From: Octopus sinensis
Taxonomy: Eukaryota
Length of the DNA stretch: 64,000 nt
Assembly (NCBI RefSeq): GCF_006345805.1
Contig: NC_043003.1
Location: 103,230,001-103,294,000, forward strand
Reading direction: 5' to 3'
Made by a program: the position numbers and the translations under genes. Shown piece by piece: positions 1-13,734 of this stretch; the first letter of the stretch is position 1, and every line of letters starts with the position of its first letter. The notes under the pieces were generated by a model, which did no database searches, had not been told where the DNA came from, and saw only the letters and a list, made by a program, of their open reading frames with translations.

Positions 1-3000
1 TGGTGGTGGTGGTGGTGAAGGAGGTGAAGGTGATGGTGGTGGTGGTGGTGGTGAAGGAGGTGAAGGTGATGGTTGGTGGTGGTGGTGAAGGAGGTGAAGG
101 TGATGGTGGTGTGGTGGTGGTGAAGGAGGTGAAGGTGGTGGTGGTGGTGGTGGTGAAGGAGGTGAAGTGTGGTGGTGGTGGTGGTGAAGGAGGTGAAGGT
201 GGATGGGGGTGGTGGTGGTGGGAAGGGGTGAAGGTGATGGTGGTGGTGGTGGTGAAGGAGGGGAAGTGATGGTGGTGGTGGTGGTGAAGGAGGTGAAGGT
301 GATGGTGGTGGTGGTGGTGGTGGGAAGGAGGTGAAGGTGATGGTGGTGGGTGGTGGTGAAGGAGGTGAAGGTGATGGTGGTGGTGAAGGAGGTGAAGGTG
401 ATGGTGGTGGTGGTGGTGGTGAAGGAGGTGAAGGTGATGGTGGGTGGTGGGGGTGAAGGAGGTGAAGGTGATGGTGGTGGTGGTGGTGAGGAGGTGAAGG
501 TGATGTGGTGGTGGTGGTGGTGAAGGAGGTGAAGGTGATGGTGGTGGTGGTGGTGGTGGTGAAGGAGGTGAAGGTGGTGGTGGTGGTGGTGGTGAAGGAG
601 GTGAAGGTGATGGTGGTGGTGGTGGTGGTGAAGGAGTGAAGGTGATGGTGGTGGTGGTGGTGGTGAAGGAGGTGATGTGATGGTGGTGGTGGTGGTGGAG
701 GAGGTGAAGGTGGTGGTGGGTGGTGGTGGTGAAGGAGGTGAAGGTGGTGGTGGTGGTGGTGGTGAAGGAGGTGAAGGTGATGGTGGTGGTGGTGGTGGTG
801 AAGGAGGTGAAGGTGATGGTGGTGGTGGTGGTGGTGAGGAGGTGAAGGTGATGGTGGTGGTGGTGGTGAAGGAGGTGAAGGTGAGGTGGTGGGTGGTGGT
901 GGTGAAGGAGGTGAAGGTGGTGGTGGTGGTGGTGGTGAAGGAGGTGTGAAGGTGGTTGGTGGTGTGGTGGTGAAGGAGGTGAAGGTGATGGTGGTGGTGG
1001 TGGTGGTGAAGGAGGTGAAGGTGGATGGTGGTGTGGTGGGTGGTGAAGGAGGTGAAGGTGATGGTGTGGTGGTGGTGGGGGTGAAGGAGTGAGGTGGTGG
1101 TGGTGGTGGTGGTGAAGGAGGTGAAGGTGGTGGTGGTGGTGGTGGTGGTGAAGGAGGTGAAGGGATGTGGTGGTGGTGGTGGTGAAGGAGGTGAAGGTGG
1201 TGGTGGTGGTGGTGGTGAAGGAGGTGAAGGTGGTGGTGGTGGTGGTGGTGGTGAAGGAGGTGAAGGTGATGGTGGTGGTGGTGGTGGTGAAGGAGGTGAA
1301 GGTGGTGGTGGTGGTGGTGGTGAAGGAGGTGAAGGTGGTGGTGGTGGGGTGGTGAGGAGGTGAAGGTGATGGTGGTGGTGGTGGTGGTGAAGGAGGTGAA
1401 GGTGATGGTGGTGGTGGTGGTGAAGGAGGTGAAGGTGATGGTGGTGGTGGTGGTGAAGGAGGTGAAGGTGATGGTGGTGGTGGTGGTGGTGAAGGAGGTG
1501 AAGGTGATGGTGGTGGTGGTGGTGGTGTGAAGGAGGTGAAGGTGAGGTGGTGGTGGTGGTGGTGAAGGAGGTGAAGGTGATGGTGGTGGTGGTGGGTGGT
1601 GAAGAGGTGAAGGTGATGTTGGTGGTGGTGGTGGTAAGGAGGTGAAGGTGATGGTGGTGGTGGTGGTGAAGGAGGTGAAGGTGGTGGTGGTGGTGGGTGA
1701 AGGAGGTGAAGGTGTGGTGGTGGTGGTGGTGAAGGAGGTGAATGAGAGGTGATGGTTGTGGTGGTGGGGGTGAAGGAGGTGAAGGTGATGGTGGTGGTGG
1801 TTGTGGTGAAGGAGGTGAAGGTGATGGTGGTGTTGGTGGTGAAGGAGTGGACAGGTGAATTGTGGTGGTGGTGGTGGTGAAGGAGGTGAAGGTGGGGGTG
1901 GTGGTGGTGGTGAAGGAGGTGAAGGTGGTGGTGGTGGTGGTGGTGAGGAGGTGAAGTGATGGTGTGGGTGGTGGTGGTGAAGGAGGTGAAGGTGATGGTG
2001 GTGGTGGTGGTGAAGGGGTGAAGGTGATGGTGGTGGTGGTGGTGAAGGAGGTGAAGGTGATGGTGGTGGTGGTGGTGGGTGAAGGAGGTGAAGGTGATGG
2101 TGGTGGTGGTGGTGAAGGAGGTGAAGGTGATGGTGGTGGTGAAGGAGGTGAAGGTGATGGTGGTGGTGGTGGTGGTGAGGAGGTGAAGGTGATGGTGGTG
2201 GTGGTGGTGAAGGAGGTGAAGGTGATGGTGGTGGTGGTGGTGAAGGAGGTGAAGGTGATGGTGGTGGTGAAGGAGGTTGAAAGTTGATGGTGGTGGTGGT
2301 GGTGGTGAAGGAGGTGAAGGTGTGGTGGTGGTGGTGGTGAAGGAGGTGAAGGTGATGGTGGTGGTGGTGGTTGAAGGAGGTGAAGGTGATGGTTGTGTGG
2401 TGGTGAAGGAGGGGAAAGGTGATGGTGTGGTGGTGGTGAAGGAGGTGAAGGTGATGGTGGTGGTGGTGGTGAAGGAGGTGAAGGTGATGGTGTGGGTGAA
2501 TTGAGGTGAAGGTGATGGTGGTGGTGGTTGTGGTGAAGGAGGTGAAGGTGATGGTGGTGGTGGTGGTGGTGAGGTGAGGTGATGGTGGGTGGTGGTGGTG
2601 AAGGTGGTGAAGGTGATGTGGTGGTGAAGGGGTGAAAGTGATGGTGGTGGTGGTGTGGTGATGAGGAGGTGAAGGTGATGGTGGTGTTGGTGGTGAGGAG
2701 GGTGAATGTGATGGTGGTGGTGGTGGTGAAGGAGGTGAATGTGATGGGGTGGTGGTGGTTGAAGGAGGTGAAGGTGATGGTGGTGGTGGTGGTGTGAAGG
2801 AGGTGAAGGTGATGGTGGTGGTGGGTGAAGGAGGTGAAGGTGATGGTGGTGGTGGTGGTGGAAGGTAGGTGAAGGTGATGGTGGTGGTGAAGGAGGTGGA
2901 AGGTGATGGTGGGTGGTGGTGGTGGTGAAGGAGGTGAAGGTGATGGTGGTGGTGGTGGTGAAGGAGGTGAAGGTGATGGTGGTGGTGGTGGTGAAGGAGG

Positions 3001-5649
3001 TGAAGGTGATGGTGGTGGTGGTGGTGAAGGAGGTGAGGTGATGTGGGGTGGTGGTGGTGAAGGAGGTGAAGGTGATGGTGGTGGTGGTGGTGGTGAAGGA
3101 GGTGAAGGTGATGGTGGTGGTGGTGGTGAAGGAGGTGAAGGTGATGGTGGTGGTGGTGGGTGGTGAAGGAGGTGAAGGTGATGGTTGGTGGTTGGTGGAA
3201 GGAGGTGAAGGTGATGGTGGTGGTGGTGGTGGGAGGAGGTGAAGGTGATGGTGGTGGTGGTGGTGAAGGAGGTGAAGGTGATGGTGGGGTGGTGGTGGTG
3301 AAGGAGGTGAAGGTGTGGTGGTGGTGGTGGTGAAGAGGTGAAGGTGATGGTGGGTGGTGGTGGTGAAGGAGGTGAAGGTGATGGTGGTGGTGGTTGTGGT
3401 GAAGGAGGTGAAGGTGATGGTGGTGGTGGTGGTGAAGGAGGTGAAGGTGATGGTGGTGGTGGTGGTGGTGAAGGAGGTGAAGGTGATGGTGGTTGGTGGT
3501 GGTGAAGGAGGTGAAGGTGATGTGGTGGTGGTGGTGGGTGAAGGAGGTGAAGGTGATGGTGGTGGTGGTGGTGAAGGGGAGGTGATTGGTGGTGGTGAAG
3601 GGGTGAAGGTGATGGTGTTGGTGGTGAGGAGGTGAAGGTGATGGTGGTGGTGGTGGTGAAGGAGGTGAAGGTGATGGTGGTGGTGGTGGTTGAAGGAGGT
3701 GAAGGTGATGGTGGTGGTGGTGGTGAAGGAGGTGAAGGTGATGGTGGTGGTGGTGGTGAAGGAGGTGAAGGTGATGGTGGTGGTGGTGGTGATGAGTGGA
3801 AGTTGAATGGTGGTGGTGGTGGTGGTGAAGGAGGTGAAGGTGATGGTGGTGGTGGTGGTGAAGGAGGTGAAGGTGATGGTGGTGGTGGTGGGTGAAGGAG
3901 GTGAAGGTGATGGTGGTGGTGTGGTGAAGGAGGTGAAGGTGATGGGGGTGGTGGTGGTGAAGGAGGTGAAGGGATGGTGTGGTGGTGGTGGTGAGGAGGT
4001 GAAGGTGATGGTGGTGGTGGTGGTGAAGGAGGTGAAGGTGATGGTGGTGGTGGTGGTGGTGGTGTTGAAGGAGGTGAAGTGGGTGGTGGGTGGTGAAGGA
4101 GGTGAAGGTGATGGTGGGTGGTGGTGGTGAAGTGAAGGTGAAGGTGGTGATGGTGGTGTGGTGGTGAAGGAGTGAAGGTGATGGTGGTGGTGGTGTGGTG
4201 AAGGAGGTGAAGGTGTGTGGTGGTGGTGGTGAAGGAGGTGAGGTGATGGTGGTGGTGGTGGTGAAGGAGGTGAAGGTGTGGTGGTGGTGGTGGTGAAGGA
4301 GGGTGAAGGTGATGGTGGTGGTGGTGGTGGTGAAGGAGGTGAAGGTGGTGGTGGTGGGTGGTGAAGGAGGTGAAGGTGATGGTGGTGTGGTGGTGGTGAA
4401 GGAGGTGAAGGTGATGGTTGTGGTGAAGGAGGTGAAGGTGATGGTGGTGTGGTGGTGGTGAAGGAGGTGAAGGTGATGGTGGTGGTGGTGGTGAAGGAGG
4501 TGAAGGTGATTGGTGGTGGTGGTGAAGGAGGTGAAGGTGATGGTGGTGGTGGTGGTGAAGGAGGTGAGGTGGATGTGGTGGTGGTGGTGTTGAAGGAGGT
4601 GAAGGTGGTGGTGGTGGTGAAGGAGGTGAAGGTGATGGTGTGGTGGTGGTGGTAAGGAGGTGAGGTGGTGGTGGTGGTGGTGGTGAATGAGGTGAAGGTG
4701 ATGGTGGTGGTGGTGTGTTGAAGGAGGTGAAGGTGAGGGTGGTGGTGAAGGAGGTGAAGGTGATGGTGTTGTGGTGGTGGTGAAGAGGTGAAGGTGATGG
4801 TGGTGGTGGTGGTGAAGGAGGTGAAGGTGATGGTGGTGGTGGTGGTGAAGGAGGTGAAGGTGATGGTGGTGGGGGTGGGTGGTGAAGGAGGTGAAGGTTG
4901 TGGTGGTGTGAAGGAGGTGAAGGTGATGGTGGTGGTGTGGGGTGAAGGAGGTGAAGGTGATGGTGGTGGTGGTGGTGAAGGAGGTGAAGGTGATGTGGTG
5001 GTGGTGGTGGTGAAGGAGGTGAAGGTGATGGTGGTGGTGGGTGGTGAAGGAGGTGAAGGTGATGGTGGTGGTGGTGGGTGAAGGAGGTGAAGGTGATGGT
5101 GGTGGTGGTGGTGAAGGAGGTGAAGGTGGTGGTGGTGGTGGTGGTGAAGGAGGTGAAGGTGGTGGTGGTGGTGGTGGTGAAGGAGGTGAAGGTGATGGTG
5201 GTGGTGGTGGTGAAGGAGGTGAAGGTGATGGTGGTGGTGGTGGTGAAGGAGGTGAAGGTGGTGGTGGTGGTGGTGGTGAAGGAGGTGAAGGTGATGGTGG
5301 TGGTGGTGGTGAAGGAGGTGAAGGTGATGGTGGTGGTGGTGGTGAAGGAGGTGAAGGTGATGGTGGTGGTGGTGGTGGTGAAGGAGGTGAAGGTGATGGT
5401 GGTGGTGGTGGTGAAGGAGGTGAAGGTGATGGTGGTGGTGGTGGTGGTGAAGGAGGTGATGGTGGTGGTGGTGGTGAAGGAGGTGAAGGTGGTGGTGGTG
5501 GTGGTGGTGAAGGAGGTGAAGGTGATGGTGGTGGTGGTGGTGAAGGAGGTGAAGGTGATGGTGGTGGTGGTGGTGAAGGAGGTGAAGGTGATGGTGGTGG
5601 TGGTGGTGGTGAAGGAGGTGAAGGTGGTGGTGGTGGTGGTGGTGGTGGT
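1..5649. repeat. Tandem satellite, unit GAAGGAGGTGAAGGTGAT(GGT)n, ~27-36 bp
   Basis: Continuous repetition from window start; almost no C on + strand; decays into GTC/GCG/GTT triplets at 5650-5850. Confidence 0.97.
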
Positions 5650-7195
5650 GTCGTCGTCGTCGTCGTGGTAGAAGTGGTGGTTCTGGTGATGTCAGCGTTG
5701 GCGGCGGCAGCGGTTGTTGTTGTTGTGGTGGTGGTGGTGGTGCGAGGGGTGATAGTGGTGGCGGTGGCAATGTTGGTGGGGTGGGGCAACGGCGGTCATG
5801 ACGGTAGTAGTGGGGGTGGGGTGGTGATTATGATAGTGGTGATTAGAGTTTTAGTAAGTCTTAGTGATTACAAAAGAGGGACGTTGTGTAAATTCTGAAG
5901 TGCAGAAAACATGGACCATTATGTGTGGGGAAAGGTTGCCTCTTACCAACGTCCTTAGCAATGCTTAAGGGTATTCTCGAGTGTGTGAACTATTAAAAGA
6001 GCAGTGACAACAGTAACAACAACATCAAGGAGAGATCCTCTACGTCAATGAATCCCAGTCCTTTTGCTCTTGTGGAACTGGACGGTGCTCCAGTCCACTC
6101 AGTCGTAAATGGGTTCCAGTAATATCCAGAACCTATAACAGACCAGCGCTCCATTCATGGGCGACTGGGTTGCAATCTCAGTCTCTTATACGCCATAGAA
6201 GCCGGGTTAAGCTCTGGCCTTATGAACCATAGGGCTCATGACAGATTTCAATCATAACACTATGTAACAAAATTTTTATTTTATTTTTTTGTCTTAGGCC
6301 AATAAGTGTTACTTCCTATTTACTTCTATCTAAAAATCAAAGGAAATGGCTACTATTCCTTTCAAACTTTGCTTCTGTAACTTGGACATCAATGTTTTGA
6401 AACTGACCAATTTTCCATTACATTTCAGATTCAGCACTGAGTTGCTGAAGCAGAAATATCGTTATAGCAAATATTCTGCTCAGTACCACAGATTTTCTTG
6501 TCGGTTGCTTGATCTTAACTACTTGAGCATGTCCCTTAGTGGCTGACAATATGTACATCTCTGATGATGAGCAGGAGTAGTGGGGGGGGCACCATAGCTA
6601 TGTGTTGAGAGGGATTCTTGTAGGTTTGAATAAATGTAGCAACAGCAAAGTTTGAAGGAAGTATCAGCCATTCTTCATAGTTTCTAATGATAAGCAAAAA
6701 TGAAATAACAGTTGCTACTCAAGGACCAAAATCGTGTTGCACAGTATAAATCGTCGATCCCGAGAATTGTATGGAGGCTGCTGTCTTTCCTCTTCTGTCT
6801 CAGTTACAAGATCCAATATCGAAAAGCAAATGGTAAATATTACTTACGTAAGCTACAAGAACAAGAGCATGGAAACAAGAAACGACAAAGATTTTTCTAC
6901 AATGTAACTTGTCCAGCTCAGTGTGTAAACATGTAGCGAATATCATTAAACGAACTCTTCACTGATTGAGTAGTTCAATAAACCCTTAGTAATTTAAACT
7001 GAAAGAAGTGAGTGACTACATTATTTTTCTAACGCAGTTGTTCACAACTGGGACCCATATAACCCTTGGGGATCCATTTAAGATTTTGTTGATAAAATTT
7101 ATGTGCAATCAATTACTTATACTTCTACAATACACGAAATCTTTTAACAATTTCTTTTATTCAATTCCCAATAATGTTTGCTTATAAAGATTTTG

Positions 7196-8000
7196 GGATC
7201 TTTTCGGTTTGACCGGCAGTTTTTTAAAATAGTTTCTATGTAACTAAACACTTTTAAACTTCGTATACTGGTAGAATGTGTTTATGAAACATCATTTTCT
7301 CTTGGCTTTATTGAGAAAATTTTGTAGTTTGTAAGATATTTGTAAGATATTGTCTTCAATTTTGGCAATTTCAACCAATCAATGACGTCTATTGAGGTGA
7401 AAACATTATCTGCCGTAAAATTTTCTGGCGGTGAAATATGAAAATGTCCCTCGTTTAGAAACAGATTGGATTTATTTACATTTCTGAAGAAAAAAAAGAT
7501 ACCTTTCCCCCCACCCACCCACCCTACCCCTAACCCTAACCTAAACCCTAACCCTAACCTTAACCCTAACCCTAACCCAACCCCTAACCCTAAAACAGAT
7601 TGAAATGCAATAGATCGATACAAGGGCCATAATTATGGGTGGACACTAAAGAGGGAACGGTTTTGTTATCCAGCTCTGTTTACGAGTGACTCCTCAGTTT
7701 ATGGCCATAGGGTATCTTTTTTCTCATAAATAACAGGGACAATTTTATATGACACTGGAAATAATTGTTGTTGATACATTATGGCAGAAATCGTTTTCAC
7801 CTAAATAGACGTCATTGATTGGTTGAAATTGCCGAAATGCAAGAAATTAAAGACCAAATATCTTACAAACTATAGAATTTTCTCAAGAAAGCCAAGACAA
7901 AAGATGTTTTATAAACACATTCTACCAGTATACGAAGTTTAAAATTTTTTAGTTACATAGAAATTATTTTTAAAAACTGCCGTTCAAACCGAAAAGATCC
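7196..8000. mobile_element. Foldback/MITE with ~220-bp TIRs nested in the hAT MITE
   Basis: 7196-7416 is an imperfect inverted copy of 7780-8000 (GGATCTTTTCGGTTTGA... / ...TCAAACCGAAAAGATCC). Confidence 0.85.
7528..7593. repeat. Telomere-like (CCCTAA)n, ~11 imperfect units, inside the foldback
   Basis: Direct reading of sequence. Confidence 0.9.
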
Positions 8001-8745
8001 GGATTTTTAAACATTGAATGACGATGGGGGTCCACCCGAGTGAAATGGGAGGTCCAGAGATGTTAAAAGGTTGAGAACCTCTGTTCTAACAGCACAGCTT
8101 CACATAATTGATGATTGAAGACATCCTGCTTCGCAACCACAGTAGGATGATGGCAGTTTGAAATATTGGTCGATAATAAAAAATATATATACATGCAACA
8201 CTTCAACATTCTTATATCCGCTTATCTCTCAGTATATTTTCTTTTATTTGTGTGAAGACATTATGCATGTATAACTTTGTTCTTCGATCGAATTTTTAGG
8301 GAAATGAGATTTTTTAAGTCACCTTGTTTACTATATTCTTTATTCAAAACTCAGAACGTTAAGAAAAATGTTTATATTTAATCTAGAATTATTTATTGCT
8401 TTCTTCTGTCTTATTTTTCTTTATCTTTCTACGAATGAATAATTTTCCTTTTTATTTAACTGAAACCATAACTATTACAACATTGTTTCTCCCATGTATA
8501 AACATGTGCCTTTGCTCTTTGTTGTATTTTGGGAGTCGAATTGACAAACGTTAAAACTTTGAATGAAATCCCCTGCGGTTTTTGTTCTGGGTTCAAATTC
8601 TGATTGAGCCAAATTTTCTTTTCACGCTCTGGAGTCAAATTAAACTAGCAGAGATAATGGAACATTCGAGAAAACGCTTTGGAGCTTTGTTATGTTTTTT
8701 AGGTTTTTTTTTTTTGCTATCTTTTAAAATTCATTAATCCACACA

Positions 8746-8788
<43 letters not shown>

Positions 8789-9491
8789 TTAGACAAGATG
8801 GAAGGTAATGCCCCTGGCCATTTATAGGACCTCCCAAACTTACGGGAGAGAAGAATGAAAGTAAATTCAAACTAGTGGCCTAACCTGAATTCTTGCGACG
8901 GAGTGAACTCCATTAAAGGTACTCAATGTGCCAGATGGTGGTGTTAAGCCGGGCGACGCCTTAAGTCCACCATTCAAGTATGTCATGGCGGTATTTCAAC
9001 TCAGAACGCAAAACCCGAAACAAACACCATGAGGTATCCGATCCGACGTTCTTACAGCTCCTCCAATCCATCTGCCTGAATTGGTACGTTTTTATCGACC
9101 CCGGGAAAAAATAAAAGTAAAGCTGGCCTGGGCAAGACTTGAACTCTGAGCGCGGAGAGTCGGAACAGTTATCAGGAAGTATTTTACCCGAAGCTCTAAC
9201 GCAGAGTTGTCAAATTCGTTTGACTTTGCTAGCCGGATAGAAGCTGTTTAAACAGGGACTCAATGCTGTGTAAGTAGTGCTCCAGCATGGCCACAGTCAC
9301 GTAGCTGAAACGAATAAAAGGATAAAAGAATATTCATTCTGCATACGTTCCAGGTGATTCGAACGTAAATGTAATTATCGCTGTTGTATTTTGTCAACTT
9401 ATTTCTCATTTGTATAACTCCGCCATAAACACTCTGTCGTTTACTCCTCCTCCCCCTCCTCCTCCTCTTCCTCTCACATTATGAAGCTGCT

Positions 9492-9896
9492 GCTTGTTTG
9501 TTTGTTGAGCGAAACGGTCTTCGTCCCAGAGCTCGCAAGATCGCGCCTCAGGAATGTCTGTAGTGGGAGAAGTCCGAAACGTGGTCCTTTGCTATTCGTA
9601 AGACCCGCAGAAGAGAGAGCAGGTCAACCCCTGACACCGAGAGCATCGACGGATGGATGAATGTGCATCCAGGCTCAGCGGTTGCGTAGGAAATCGGGGA
9701 TAAGAAACAGGAAGAAAGAGTGAGAGAAAGTTGGAGCTAAAGTGTACAACAGGGGTCGCCACCACCCCCTGCCGGAGCCTCGTGGTACTTTGGGTGTTTT
9801 CGCTCAATAAACACACACAACGCCCGGTTTGGGAATCGAAACCGCGATCCTCCGACCGCGAGTCCGTTGCCCTAACCATTGGGCCATTGCGCCTCC
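9492..9896 (-). mobile_element. tRNA-derived SINE family C, tail type 1
   Basis: Head GGAGGCGCAATGGCCCAATGGTTAGGG with A box and B box (GGTTTCGATTCC); same head at 39.3, 59.8 and 62.8 kb; ends in (CAAA)n-like tail. Confidence 0.85.
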
Positions 9897-10480
9897 ACTG
9901 CTGTTGCTACCACTACAACAACTACAACTATTATTCCTGCTATTGCTACTACTACTACTACTACTATTACAACTACAACAATAATTAATATTACTGTTAC
10001 AACTACTTCTACTACTACAACAACTACGATGATGACAACAGCAACAACAACTACTACTACTACTATTAATACTGTTGCTACTGCTGCTACTACTACTACT
10101 AAATGCAATAACAGAGGGGATACCAATCTGATCCTCAAACGCGATTACTACCATGAGCCAAAGTCTCCAAGCTGTCACTCGACCTGCTGGAAATAACTGT
10201 CAGTCCTGATGGTCACGGATGAAATGGATTGCGTTTATCCATAGGCCTGCTTTGTCAAAACTGGCCTCGGATGAAACAACAATAACCTCAAAACCAGGAA
10301 TAACCACAGTCACAACAACAAAAGTCCCCATTCCACTACTGCTGCTCCTGCGGCTGCTGCTACCGCTGCCGCTGCCGCTGCTGCTACTGCTGCTGCTAAT
10401 ACTACTGTCGATTATGATGATGATGATGATGAGGAGGAGGAGGAGGAGGAGGAGGAGGAGATTGTTGCTACTACTGCAAT
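9897..10480. repeat. Compound trinucleotide microsatellites (CTA/ACA, CTG, ATG, GGA)
   Basis: Direct reading; interrupted by about 200 bp of non-repeat sequence. Confidence 0.85.
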
Positions 10481-11839
10481 AACAATAGATGTTTGTATTT
10501 TTAAATGCGAGATCATAAGTTTAAATGCCAAAATCGTGTCGAATACGGCTTTGACTGAGGAGAAAAAAAATGTTATTTTATTCAACAGACAAAGATTGGG
10601 AAACACCACGAAAGTCACTCCAAGTTCAGCCACACTGAAACCTTCAAAAGATGACATTCTCTCATATGGATCATTAACCGTTGCCATTTCCAACTGTCAT
10701 ATAACTGTCGATCGAGGCAGAGAGGGAAAGTCACTAGTAGTGGTATTCTGGATTATGTGTGGGGGATGGGTTAGAAGTTTGTATGTGTTTGTGTGTGTAC
10801 CAGGGGATGCTGAAAGTTCCTGGTTTTGGTTAAAAGAAAATATAGGAGGATCGTTTAATTATGATTTTATCCAACATATTTACCTCTCAGATTCACTCAT
10901 TCTTTGCAGTGGTCCTACTAGCATCTTCTAGCTTTCTAACCAGGTCTCCTTCTTTCCTAAATTCTTCTAACACTATTTCTTTACTAAAACCCTACCGCCT
11001 CTACTCAAATATCCCTTTCCGGGGTTAGCCACCATGGGTTGTTGACGATTGCACCCGACAACTTCCAATGACGCACACAGCAACTAGTCTAAAAACACCA
11101 CCTTAGCTATTGCTCTCATCCAGGACCTCCAACGGGCTATCCGGGTCCACGAGGCTTACCCGTACCTTGAGATCCAAGCCTTTTCTAAACAACACATCCA
11201 CTGCGCCTCTCATCCCAGCATTGAGCATCAGTCATGACGTCAGAATTTTGGGAACCAGAGTGAATCATCATGATGCAGGTAACTCATTCCTTATATTTAG
11301 ATGGCTTCCAATCCTCCATGTCAGCTAACATTTTCTCAACTACTCCTTTAATCTTTATGCTCTCCAATGCCGTTGAATGGAGCTGATTCTCAAAAAAGAT
11401 GACATATAAAATCACCAAATTTAACCTGAATACCTTCTAAGGCTACATTTGATAATGTAGTGTTAGATACAAGGAAACCTGAAAAATAAGACAAGATGGT
11501 CGTGGCGCGCATGTTTAGGATTTACGTGGATTTGGTCATGGCTTACGAGGGGCTAGACAACAAGAACACCAGAATCCAACAACACAACTATAAGTCCACG
11601 ATCCTTACCCCACAATCACGTCAAGACAACCACTTCACAAAAAATACCTAAACACTTCAGTAAGACAGACAACCACACTGCAACTACCACCAACCACACT
11701 GCAACTACCACCAACCACACTACTGCTGTCACATCACAGACAAACAGACAAATAGACAATGTCTATATATACATGTGTGTGCGTATCTACGTACATGTAT
11801 CTTTATGTAACTATCTATACGTGTAACTATATGCATGCG

Positions 11840-11848
11840 TATAATATA

Positions 11849-11903
<55 letters not shown>

Positions 11904-12371
11904 GTATGTATGTATATATTTATATATATGTATGTATATATATGTATATATATATATATGTGTGTGTGTGTGTATGTGTGTGTGTATGTATGTATGTATA
12001 TATGTATGTATATATGTATGTATATGTATGTGTATATAAGGTATACATGAAAGAAGACGAGAAATTCTGCCAGATAAGGCAGGACGAGATGAGTTAATCA
12101 ACTATAATTTTACAGGTGAGTTCATCAATGCTCTATGAAGTGCACGCCGCTAATTTCCCGTCTATTTGCAGCTATTTGCTCCAACACCGCGCACCATTAG
12201 TTTTTCCCCAGGGTAAAGGGACAGCACTGGACAATTTTCTTCTAATTGGTCACCGCTGTGTATCTTGGTCTCTATTTCAGAACCGCTGTCGCCCGTTTCC
12301 TTTCGTATTCTCATACTCACTCTCTTTATCACATCTATTCATGTATGCATTTATATATATATATATATCAG

Positions 12372-12425
<54 letters not shown>

Positions 12426-12596
12426 AATATATATATATATATATATATTAATATATATATATTAATATATATATATAGCCGCTATTATATATGCATGGAT
12501 GTATATGCATATATATATATTTATAATTAATCTTGTATAGATATATATTCATAGGCACATAATATATATATATATGTATACATGCATGCACATATG

Positions 12597-12638
<42 letters not shown>

Positions 12639-13118
12639 CCTATGCATACATATATACACATATACATATATATATGTATATATCATGCATATGCGCTTAT
12701 ATACGTATGTGTTTGTGTGTATATATATATATATACACATATATTTACAAAGACGTACACATATATACCGTTATACACACACACATGCACGTAAAATGTG
12801 CATGAATAGGCAGATATAATTACAATATATGCTTGTTTGTATCCTTTCCAGTTAAATAATAGCAAATGTGTGTGTGTGTCTGTGTTTGTGTGTGTGAGTG
12901 AGCGTGCGTGCGTGTCTTTGCGTGTTTTTGTACGCGCATGTGTATGTATTCTTGTGTGTACGCACATCATATTGTATGTCTATGCGAATGTATATGGCAA
13001 TTTGTATGTGAATGTATGCATGTATATCTATGTATGTAGACGTATGTGTATTTGTGTTTATGTGTGTACGTTCTTAGGTTTGTGTGTCTATTTGTTCATT
13101 CCTGTGCATATTTGTGTG

Positions 13119-13170
<52 letters not shown>
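11840..13170. repeat. (TA)n/(TG)n/(TATG)n low-complexity region
   Basis: Direct reading; interleaved with short unique stretches. Confidence 0.9.
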
Positions 13171-13177
<7 letters not shown>

Positions 13178-13734
13178 AAGAGAGTGGGGAGGCATGGTCT
13201 GTGAGATTATTTTCGTGTTTGTGTGTGTATGTTTAAATGTGCGCCTGAGTGATTGTGCGAATGACGAAATGCGTAAGACAGTGTTTAAATGTCAGAGGCC
13301 ATGCCATAGCCGAGAGGGTTAAGACGCTCGCTTCACAAGCATGAGAACACGGGTTCAGATCCACTGATGGTTTTTTGAGCACGTCTTTTTAATACGGCCT
13401 CAACTCAAGTTTGTGTCTGAAATTGATAGGGTGGAAACTATAAAAGTCAGTCTTGTTACATTCCACTTATAGCACTGAATTAATATAAGTTCACGAATGT
13501 CTGCAGTGCACTCATCCACTTACTCTTTACTTTACGTACTGGGTAATTCAAATGATAAAATAATTGATATCCATTAACCATGTAGTTTTATGTCAATGCG
13601 TATGTGTAGTATATTTCGTTGCTTCTAAATGAAAGCGTGTGACGTGAGTATATTTCGTTTCTGTCTTCCACTGTAATCTCATTCACTTGTAACAAGCATC
13701 TCAATACAATAATATAAATGTTACTTGCTTGCTT

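Larger units (their letters stand above)
7035..8083. mobile_element. Non-autonomous hAT (Charlie-like) MITE
   Basis: Termini CAGTTGTTCACAACT / AGGTTGAGAACCTCTG (imperfect TIR); 8-bp TSD TTCTAACG (7027-7034) / TTCTAACA (8084-8091); subterminal GGGG(A/G)TCC motifs. Confidence 0.8.

Noticed and set aside
1-5800. Minus-strand Pro/Ser (extensin-like), His-rich or Thr-rich readings of the satellite
   Set aside because: Frames are open only because of base composition; the nearest upstream ATG (~5799) hits a stop before the array
3-5898. Gly/Glu-rich and Val/Lys-rich ORFs (up to 285 aa) suggesting a glycine-rich structural protein
   Set aside because: Overlapping ORFs in two frames arise from the stop-poor satellite; no signal peptide, splice context or unique domain
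7528-7593. Relic telomere or chromosome fusion site
   Set aside because: Short, single orientation, and centred within a TIR element
9820-9896. Functional tRNA gene (also at 39.3, 59.8, 62.8 kb)
   Set aside because: tRNA-like heads run straight into shared SINE bodies and lack a proper acceptor stem and terminator
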